Shown here: one piece after another, positions 38,077 through 48,178 of the stretch
Layout of the letters: each line of letters opens with the position of its first letter
Numbering within the stretch: the first letter of the stretch is position 1
Source: Oculina patagonica
Lineage: Eukaryota
DNA: 64,000 nucleotides
Direction: 5' to 3'
Assembly (NCBI RefSeq): GCF_052425735.1
Contig: NC_135759.1
Location: forward strand, 25,730,001-25,794,000
Made by a program: the position numbers and the translations under genes
The notes under the pieces: model-generated
Database searches by the model: none
Seen by the model: the letters and a program-made list of their open reading frames with translations, nothing else
Told to the model about the DNA's origin: nothing

Positions 38077-39549
38077 ATGGCGGAGATGGCCCAATGGACG
38101 AGGCTGGCACCATATAATGTATTCCGTTTTGTGACGTTTTTTAGGAGGCTCCTCTGTTTTAAATTGGTATTGATATCAATAGTGGTCCTGCTCTGTTATG
38201 AGGCGTCATTTGTAGCTGGTTCTGATGCCAAACAATACGCAAGAAAGGAGAACCGACATCAATTGTGTTTGACTCCGTCGAAAATAGATCATCTTCTATC
38301 TAACGCGTGCGGGATGAGAGGGAAACGAACCCAAAGTCAGTCAGGTATGTTTATTTTGTAGGTGTTGAAATTCAATTTTAAGGCACCGTAGAAGCTTTTA
38401 AAATCCCTACCGTCAGTTTTTTTTAAGCTCGCCTCTCTCATCAATCTCGCTCCCAGAGCGCGCGTTTCCCTTGACCAGCGGTTGGGAAACGCAACGACTT
38501 GTGAGCGAGATTGCTCTCTAATAAGCCCCCTCCTAAGCTTCAATTTTAAAATAGGTCCCGATCTTTATTAAGGACTGCATTCTTCCCAAGATGGTAATCC
38601 ACATAAACCTTTCATTGTTACTTTTTTAAATAAAACTAGACAGTCTCGACTGTAAAGTTAAATACTGTGAACTGACTAATTTCTGGTCTTAAAGTGTCTA
38701 TCCGGCCTACAGTTTTTTTTTGTGATTTTCGTATCTCTGTAATGTATAAACAAGTATTCCAAAAAAATTTTGGATTCCGCCACTTTTTCGCTGTGAAATC
38801 GAGCTTCAAAGTTCCCGTTTCGGCCACGCCCAAAGAAATTGACCGCGTAATCGAGGGTTGGTGACGAGTGACGTCATATCAGGAACCGTCTCGAAGCGTT
38901 TGCCTTGTTTGTTTGCTTGACAACCACAACATAAGGTTTGTTTTTCCCGAGAATTCTTCGAGTTTGGATAAAATACTCGCACAACAGCGATTTCTTATCT
39001 GAAGAATACGAAACTAGCAGTTCATCTGATTCGAGCGAAGAGATCGAGTCCGGAGAACTCGAATTGTTCGCTTGCACTGCAGTAGAAGATGAGAGTAACA
39101 AAGAAGAAGGCGTTTATTCTCAAGAACCTCTAGCGGACGATACATGGACAGAAAAATATAATCGAGAGAAGCATATCGAAGAGAGGGAACGAGAATTACA
39201 AAACCGGCTAAACAGAGTCGTGGAATTAGACACATACCGGTATATAGATACTTTTTCCAAACACTCACTCAGCGCATTAAATTTGCATTTTGTACACAAA
39301 TTCACTCCAGAAAGCTTTGAATGGAAACTTGACGCGTCGCGAAACCAACAACGACGGACGGAAATCGATCAGCATTCGCAGGCTGTATACCTTTTAATTT
39401 TCATTACAGATGTGAAACGAAAACGAAAACGAAAACAATATTTAAATACTTATTCTACTTATTTTCGGGTATATTTTGGTTTTGGGTTTTTTAAAATGTT
39501 TTTTGGTTTGGGGGGTTTAATTGAATATTTATTTTTATAATATAAAAAA

Positions 39550-39596
<47 letters not shown>

Positions 39597-39600
39597 CTTT

Positions 39601-39635
<35 letters not shown>

Positions 39636-39922
39636 AATTTCTTCAATTTTTTTAAAATACAAAATAGACTGTTAGTGTAAGCACTATCATTCCCAAAAAA
39701 TTGCCTCTTCCCACACAATAATCAGGATACATTCCAGCATCGTTTAAACTATTTTTTTTCTTCACAGGTGAAAATGTATTGCAATCGCCAGAAGAAGCAC
39801 GAAAATTTCTACGAAGATCTTCCGGCGAATTTGCTATAAATTACGTATTGTTTCATGAGGAATGTTGTGTGAAAGATGGTGGTTGCCGAACAGAAGAAAT
39901 TTTGGAACACTGCTTTCCGTGA
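38077..39922 (+). CDS. Insulin-like peptide ILP-A, exons 38077-38344 and 39768-39922, 140 aa
   Basis: Hydrophobic signal, B-chain QLCLTPSKIDHLLSNACGMRG-KR, phase-1 intron in the C-peptide, RR site, A-chain HEECCVKDGGCRTEEILEHCFP*. Confidence 0.9.
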
Positions 39923-42900
39923 TCTAAGAACTAAAAGAATCATTAAAAATGTTTATGCTAGGATTTTATAAAATTGATTCCAATTAATGCCAGAGGACTT
40001 TGTATATGAATAACGTATTAGAGACTGTAAAGGTTATTCCTTCCGAACTTGTAATTAAAGTGAGTGATTCTCAAGTGCGTTTGATGTTTGCGCATAAGCT
40101 CAACTCAATGCCGCTGAATCTAGTTAATGCCGGCTCCCTGAAACCATCTAGCTGGGTATAAGTTCTCTTTCCTAACTAGAGCCGCTCATAATAACCAAAA
40201 CGGAGAAGAAACAGGGAAACAAAATGATTTTATTTTTTATACCAGTTTTCGAAAAAACAAAATCATATGCGTGCTCTCTCCATGGAGCGATATCTATTCA
40301 CTTTACTATAGGAAATAAACCCTTGTGTTTATTGCAGTATTTTCATTGACGCAAATGGAAAAGTAAAATTTTTTAAATAAAGAAAATTAACGTGAAGGAA
40401 AAGTCAATATCTTCTGATAAATGAATTGTCGAGAATATCACAAAGGAAACACTTTCTGTAGTCACAACAGGAACAACAGAGAACTACAAAACATAATAAA
40501 ACAGAGCCTGAGATCGTTTGATATGCGAGATACAGGGATACGTCTTTGAAAGAGGGGTGAACCTTGGTAATTTAACAGTTAAAATATGCCAAACAAAGAA
40601 AGCTTTCACTATATTTTTGAATTGCAACACGTTGGGACAGGGTTCAGAATTTGGGGTCACAAAAATAGAAATGGCGCTCCATGAAATTAATTAATTGAGG
40701 GGGGAGCCCCAGCGTTTTCTTTTAATTATCGTTTTCAATTCGCGAATTTTTCTAATTCGAGTAAATTCCATGCAGCGTTCATTTCCTGTAAATAGATTTC
40801 CTATAATAAGGTAGGCGTTATACAGGGCTAATGAAGTGGGTTTCAGAGTGGCGGGGGAGGGAGGGATGGGGGGTGGGGCTAAAGTGACCGCGTTATCTTT
40901 ATCCATATTAGGGATGAGGCTGGAAATGTATCTCAAACTGTCAAGAAAAGTTAATTTCATTGTTCCTTCAGAAACAAAACCGAATCCATCCTACTTGGGC
41001 CCTCAAAATTGACCAAACTCCGATAAAATGTTGGTCGTATCCTTGAAAAAATAAACCGCTGAACATTCGGTTTTGCTTAACAAATTTTAACTTTAGCCTC
41101 ACCGATCTTTTACAATCTGACTATTGAACCTCTCTTGTGTTCTCTGTCGAACGAAGCCACGTTTTCAGGCTTTGAGAAGCAGAAACGACAGCTCCGTTGT
41201 ACGGTGATGGCAGTTTTGAAGACACTTTACTAAAAGAGACTTTCCCTTTGAATCTACATTGCAACTTTGTTGGGTAATTGGATCAAATGACCGATAAGCC
41301 ATATGAACTGTAATGCTAATCATTCCAAAAACTTGGGAAGTAACCCCTTCTTCCCCCCCCCCCCCCCCCCCCCAACGAACGCAGGCCACATTCTGCGCGG
41401 TAACTGCTGGTGTTGTCTGTGGTTAACAATTGATATAAGAAATGGTTTCATTTTTTTATTTTATTAATTTAGGAGAATTTCTTTTTTGACTTATCTGTTC
41501 CCTTCTGATATCAATTTATGTATCTCATGATTTGAAAATGCACCCGATCAAAATTAAATTATTCGATTGACGTTTCCACTAAGGACCAAATGCTGAGCTA
41601 GAACTGTGTCTAAAAAGATTTATTATTTTAATTAAGAACACCAGTCGGCGACACTAAATTAAAGATTTTACAGTAACTGTAATGCTATAAAATAATTGTA
41701 ATTAAAAAAATTTCAAAGAATAATGACCTCCTCTAGATCAATGTAATTTCGATGTTGTAAATGTTATACCAATTATACGCTCTGGAAAAAAACCTCGCCT
41801 ATCAATTACCGTTTAAAAATCTTTATTTGATAATCTTTAAAAAAGCGATAAGCGCGAAACAATTTATTTCTTGTTTTTGTTTTATTTTACTTTTTAATAA
41901 AATCTTTTTAGCTAATCAATCGCAATTCTTAATATTGGATTGATGGAAGATCACTTTTTATAAATGAACCCAAATTTCTTTTATTTATTACACGAATGAC
42001 GTAACTTGGTAATAAGAAGAGGTGTAATATAGGGTTCATATCATGATTTTTAGTATGTTTCTGAAATTAATCGAGCAAAGGTTTTGCTTGTACAGAATTA
42101 TTATTATTATTTATTTTGACTATATTTTAATATGGCATATGCATTGTTATCGGTTTTCTTTAAACTCATTTTTTTCACAGAGTATTTTCAAATTACAAAG
42201 AAAGAAATTAAATTGTGTATAACGGAAGCTCGCTTGCTAATAAAGCAGATGTGATGAGCTCTCGTAATAAAGTATTCGTTAAAATTATGATGATTATTTC
42301 TACGGTAGTCTCTAATGGAATACGCCAGTTATAAAATTTAATATCACGCTCAGTAGTCACTAGCAATGCTGTTTAATTAGTGATATTTTTACTCATTAAT
42401 TTAACGATCCTCGCCAATTTAGGTGAAGATGTCAAAGACCTTCCTGAACGGATAAAATAAACGCCGACGACAATACTGACGCAAACGTAACAACGGAACC
42501 ACGCCAAGTAAACGTAAATTAATATTTGTTTCATGAAGTATACAATGCATCTGTTGACAAAGGATTGCCCGGAATCATATAAAATCCATCCTTAGTTATT
42601 AAATTTAATCCCTTTTCAAATTTTGGACTCATAAAATCCGCCCATTGTTTCCATGACAACAGAGCTTAATTGGCATTGTTCACCGAGAGACAGAATTTAA
42701 ACCATTCGCGAACCTTCAGGCCAGAAATAAATTTATCTTCCGGAAAGTATTTTTTCTCCAGTTGCACTAACAAATCCTTTCAAACGAGGGGAAGTACATG
42801 CAAGGGCGGATCATTGATTATTAATTCAGGAGCTTCATTTACATAGAGAGTTAAACTGGTAAGATTGTTGAATTAATGTTGAGTAACTCGTGAAAATAGC

Positions 42901-43079
42901 ATCTTTTAAGTCGGTTCTAGTCAGTACAGTATGAACATTGCATTGAAATCTCGCTTAAAGATTTTTCGATGGGTATAACTCGCTAGTTTACATCTTCTCG
43001 ACTAGTTTGTCGTTTAATCTTTACCTACCCATTGAAGAGTTTTTGTCGAAGCAAGCACTACAAAATTTTTCGCGTGCGA

Positions 43080-43610
43080 ATGGTAAATAGGAATGTTTTT
43101 CGGTCGGTTTGAATTTGGTTCATTATTTAATTGTATTATTTGCAACGTTCATTTTACTTTTGTTTTACATCCTCCCAAATTGGGGGTGAAAGTAAGCGAC
43201 TCGTTTCAAAAGAAACATGCTTCCAAAGAGAGCAAATAGTGGATTGATGAAGCAAAAACTGATCACTATATTATTGGCGATGGGATCATCGAACTCTCAG
43301 GCAAGAATCCGGAGGAAAAACTAAAAACGCCCTTCTAAAAATCTTACTGATTGTTCAGGCACAAAAGTTATCCTTTTTATTTAAATGGCACTCAACTCGG
43401 TTTCCAATAGCGTTTGCCATTGTTTTGCAAAACAGGACGGTATTAGCTTACATTGTATACAGTTGTGTATAGACCGCACGGTCGAATAATGCCGTCAAAC
43501 TGTTTTCTTTTTCAGTTATGCCCGTTAAATCGAATAACTGAATGTTTTTACAACAGAATGTCTGTACATGTATTGGAACATGATCCGGAACGGGCGAATA
43601 TGGCGGTTAT
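43080..43610 (+). pseudogene. Pseudogenised ILP paralogue of ILP-A
   Basis: Frame from ATG 43080 reads MVNRNVFRSV*..YFCFTSSQIGGESKRLVSKETCFQREQIVD**SKN*, which aligns to ILP-A NVFRFV..LLCYEASFVAGSDAKQYARKE..C-x13-C. A TGA sits at the second Cys. A possible decayed exon 2 follows the acceptor at 43515 (ITECF..VLEH). Confidence 0.55.
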
Positions 43611-44708
43611 GAAAAGAATGTTCCTTGCGGCAGCTTTCAGTTGATCCGCTTGTTCGTTTATCTAATAAATTAGTCTCGCGTCGAAGAACATTTTGGCGCC
43701 ATAACTGTTAGTATTCATTAAGTAAAGAAAATGTAAACGGTTTGAAATCAATTGTTTAAAATTGAGCGACTCATATCCAATGACAAAGAAAACTGCATGA
43801 TTTAGAAAAAAAAATTTGGAGGGGCGAAAGCATACAAAAATTGTTCTTACATGCATTTCCGTGCTGGTGGCGATCAATCTACTGTTCGTTTCGCTTTGTA
43901 AAAGTACTCCCTGTTGGAAGTCAAGAAAAAGCACTTTACTAGAAAAACAGGCTTAAAGGGAAAACAAAAATAAATATACGAAACATGGCTATATATAGGA
44001 CGACGAAATTAAGTATCTTTAATATCAGAAGCTGTGGTTGTAAGCATGTTATGAAATACATCTTTCAAAGTTTGAAAAAAGATAATATATAAAGATAATG
44101 GATTAACATGCGTGACTAAGACCGAGCTAAAATACACAAATTTTGCTTTTGCATTTCATATTAACTTGTGAATCATGGGACGCGATCTCGGATAAGCTTA
44201 TGACTAATGTAGCAGTCGCGGATAACATTGATTTTATCGTTTAAGTCGGAGATAATTCCCTCTAACGCTGTCCTTAAGTCTTTTCAGGGTAAGTCATGTT
44301 GAGTCCCAAGATGTCAAACGGTTCAGCATCTGTTTCAACATCCGTTCCATATGGCTTTTTGTAGATGTCAAAAGCGTCTTGAATAGAATTTAAATTCGTT
44401 TAAAATCTAATTCAACATCTATACGGCGTCTTTATTGTTCTCTCTAAACTTCTTTCAGAGTTACAATTTTTCTTGTATTTACGCCGATTGTGTTACTTCT
44501 ACAGATGTATGTTCATATTGATACTGTTAGACCAGCTTGTAAAAAAACAGCGCTAGCGACGCCCATTATGACAGATCGGTGGCAGTCCGGGCCATTTAAC
44601 CCCAAATATAGAAATCATTTGAAACCCGAGCATGCGTAATTCTTGTTCAATCTCCGTACGTATTCTGACTGCAACATTTTGTCAAAGTCTCGGTAATCGC
44701 GAAAACGA

Positions 44709-45072
44709 ATGAATTTCAAAATGAAAAAATTTTCATCGCCATTCTGTTTTGTTTTGGGGTTAGTGTATTTTGTTGGAGCCTCTGTAATCGAAGAAGGAAT
44801 AAATAAATGAATGCCAGGCGCATCCGAAACCGAGTCTGTACTCAATAGTATTCAGATTCTGTCTATATCTTGTCGGTAGTATGTTTGACTGAAGTTTCTG
44901 TTATGAAAGAAGACACTAACATGCAGGCGATTACAGTGTGTATTAGTTTTAAGCAAGAGATCTAGAGGATGAAGCCGACAAAATCACTGAATCATCGCGC
45001 GCTCTGCCTTTGCCCTTGCTTTGCGATGAATCAGTCACAATTAATCAATTACTCCGTGAACCTTATTGCTAG
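44709..45072 (+). pseudogene. Divergent four-cysteine ILP-like gene (ILP-B) with one frameshift, exons 44709-44875 and 44954-45072
   Basis: Signal MNFKMKKFSSPFCFVFGLVYFVGA; frameshift in AAATAAAT (44801-44808); then ECQAHPKPSLYSIVFRFC, a phase-1 78-bp GT-AG intron, and ARDLEDEADKITESSRALPLPLLCDESVTINQLLREPYC*. Confidence 0.55.
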
Positions 45073-45931
45073 CCTTCCTAGTTATTTTTGTCACATTCGG
45101 AAAAAGAAGAAAACACATTCTCTTCTGTGACAAAAACAGTACTGAGTTTGAGGAAGATGGTGTGAGATTTCATTTGGACACGCGCGCAGTTGCACATAAG
45201 AGGTTATCTATGGATGGGCTGATAACTGTCGACATATTGACTATAACCTTTTATCATGCATGTGTCAGACGCAGGGAAATCAAATATTGGAAGTTACAGG
45301 ACTTTACAGTTACGAACTAATCGGTTGAATTCGTGGGTTTAATTTGATAAGATAAATTTACCACAGAAAAAGGTGATAAGACCTTGAACATAATTATGAT
45401 TTTCCAGATTTTCAATATCGACATGAATTTTGCAAATAAAGCTAGCTGCATTCGAGCTAAGCAATCCGTATTGGATCGATTTCAGTTCAATATGCATTAA
45501 CCATGCGTTAATTTTCGGTTTTTACTTAATCAAATTTAATTAAATTGTTTTGGTTGTCTTAATAAATAATATACAATAAAAGGGGAGAAAATACATTTAT
45601 TCTGTGTGTAGATTAAATTTAGCAAGCTGTTTCTAACCGTCACACCAATTAATCTTTGCACTGGACAGGTAGAACTTTATCGAGGTAATTTTCTTATTCA
45701 GATTAGAAAATAGTTATTTTTTTAATAACAACGTTTACGAAGATTAATTTCAATTGTCGACACACCGTCACTGTCTTCGATCACATTTGCTATCCGTGTT
45801 TGCTTTAGGCAGATTTTCAGTAATGTGAGTAATTGTAACAAAACGACATTTTATGATTTAAAATCACTAGATTAACAATCACTGAACTTTACTGATATTG
45901 CTCTTGATATTTTCTTTCCAGTTTTAGAATT

Positions 45932-46907
45932 ATGTCGCAGTGTCTCAAATTTCTTCTGCTTGTGACCATTGTCCTCTATATACCTGCGATTTCAGCCAAG
46001 AGATATGACATCAAAATATGCGTTACACCATATCGATTTGCGAAAATTCTACACTGGCATTGTTCAAACATTGAACACAAGCGAACTATAACGAAAGAAG
46101 GTGAGGAATAACCTACCACAGAGATCTCCCAATTGTCTCTTATATTGGCTGTTATTTAACTAGTTAGACTGGCTGACTGGACTGACTGACTGACTGACTG
46201 GCTAACTGACCCACCGACTGACTGACTCACTGACTCACTGACTAGTTGGTTGACTGACCTGACTGACTGATTGGCAGACTGACTGACTGACTGACTGGTG
46301 GACTGACTGACTGACTGGCTAAATGACTGACTGACTGATTGATTGACGTACTGACTAACTGGCTAGCTGACTGGCTGACTGATTGATTGACTGACTAACT
46401 GACTAGCTTACTGACTGACCGACTGACTTGACTGGCTGACCAATTAACTGAATATCAGACTAACTGACTGAATTAATGACCGACATACTGACTGACTGAG
46501 TGACTGACTGACTTACTGATTCTTACTGTCTGATTTACTGACTGTCTGATTTACTGACTGACTGACTGACTGACTGACTGACTGACTGACTGACTGACTG
46601 ACTGACTTACTGAAGGATTCTGACTGACTTACTAACTGGCTGCAAGATTTAAATACTGATTATTGATTCAGTAGCGATTGATTGACACATTGATTATGTG
46701 GACATCAAAACATATATTTAATCTTTGGACATTCTCTATTTTTCAGCTCTGGTGAAACCGGAGACAGAAGCCAAGAATTTTCTCACGGAGTTATCAAGAA
46801 GAGAGCCAGTCGCTGTCAAGGAAGGGAGACGTACAGACTACTATGAGGAATGTTGTATGGAAGGCTGTACATATATGGAAATATTAGAATATTGCCGCAT
46901 GCTGTAA
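45932..46907 (+). CDS. Insulin-like peptide ILP-C, exons 45932-46100 and 46747-46907, 109 aa
   Basis: Signal MSQCLKFLLLVTIVLYIPAISA, B-chain KICVTPYRFAKILHWHCSNIEH-KR, phase-1 intron, RR sites, canonical A-chain TDYYEECCMEGCTYMEILEYCRML* (CC-x3-C-x8-C). Confidence 0.93.
46165..46640. repeat. (ACTG)n microsatellite in the ILP-C intron
   Basis: Imperfect GACT tandem array. Confidence 0.95.
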
Positions 46908-48178
46908 AATCAGTATCAACTGATTCAGTTTTCATCTAAAATATTATCAACCACCCAAAATTACAAATTTAACCTGCTCTTTCCGTTACCCTTTAAAAGG
47001 TGTTTTTAATCAATAACTTAAAAATTATGTGTAGAGTACGATCCAGCTATGTACAGCCGGGCTCGTCAGAGCGTAATTGTTAAACACTTCACGGCTATCT
47101 TGCAATCTGTACTTCACTGGAATAAACGCTTATTTAAAATAAAAGTTAGTCTCATGAAGTTCTTTCTTCGGTTAATAAGCATAATTTTATTTAACCCCTC
47201 AGCTTTACCATTAGATGTAATTTTATGGTGTTGCTTCAAACTTACTTTCAAAAGGCAAATTCTCATAGTGGTTTCTGGATATTTTCTCTTAATAATGGAT
47301 AGTTCCTTAATCTCTCGAGACCAACATTCCTTGCTGCATAAGTAACTAGGAGTTTTATTCACTTCTTTCCAGCTTCTCAAAGGAAACGTAGATTTTTTGA
47401 GCTTGAATCTCAGGTCAACACAATTTTTAGTTCATTAATAATTTTTACAGACTTTTGCACGTTATCCAGACCTATAAACGATGTTGGAACCCAGTCTTCA
47501 GATTGTGGCCAGCTACCCCATCGCTTGGTCACGACGGAAGACTGGGCACCACTGCTGGGAGTCCTGCCGTTTCTTGCCCCAAACACGCATCAAGAAAATT
47601 TGGTGTTTAGAGTTTTTGAAAAGCAAATGGTGTTATGAAGCTAGCAGGCATTTAGCACAGCAGCTGGACATCCCAATTTGCATAACAGCACTTGGCAGAT
47701 TAGTACTTCGCTTGAATACGCAACGGGATTTCGATATTGTTTTGCACGTCCGCCAGCTTCCCCTTCGAATATCAGATGTCACGAATCGTGAAGTCAGTGA
47801 CTGGCACTTTGTGAGTTCACCTGATTTGATTGTTTCAGAAGTGCTTCGTTGTCAAGATCAGTTGGTGTTTCGCTTTTCGAATGTAAATCAAATCTGTGGC
47901 AAGAATTTGGGTTCATTTGGGCAGTTTGGTTTCTGGATACGTTGACTAAACAACTTTACAGCGATAAGCAACAAGAACACTGCGCGCCACTCATGAATTA
48001 TTTTTGAATTTAATCATCTGTGGATTGTTGCGGTTCTATGCAAAATATTGGCCTCTATTAATATACCATGAGCAGAATTTAGAAGTACTTCACACCGCAG
48101 TGTTATTGACAGAAGCCAAGCGACTTTGCTGTTTCTATATTACTCCATTATTTCGCTGCGTGCTTGAGCGTCTTCTAG

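Noticed and set aside
39491-39718. Poly-Lys ORF
   Set aside because: Translation of a poly-T tract, probably low-quality sequence.
47481-47945. 154-aa ORF between ILP-C and RAB3IP
   Set aside because: No recognisable domain or Cys pattern. It is probably the CpG-rich promoter/5' UTR of RAB3IP.
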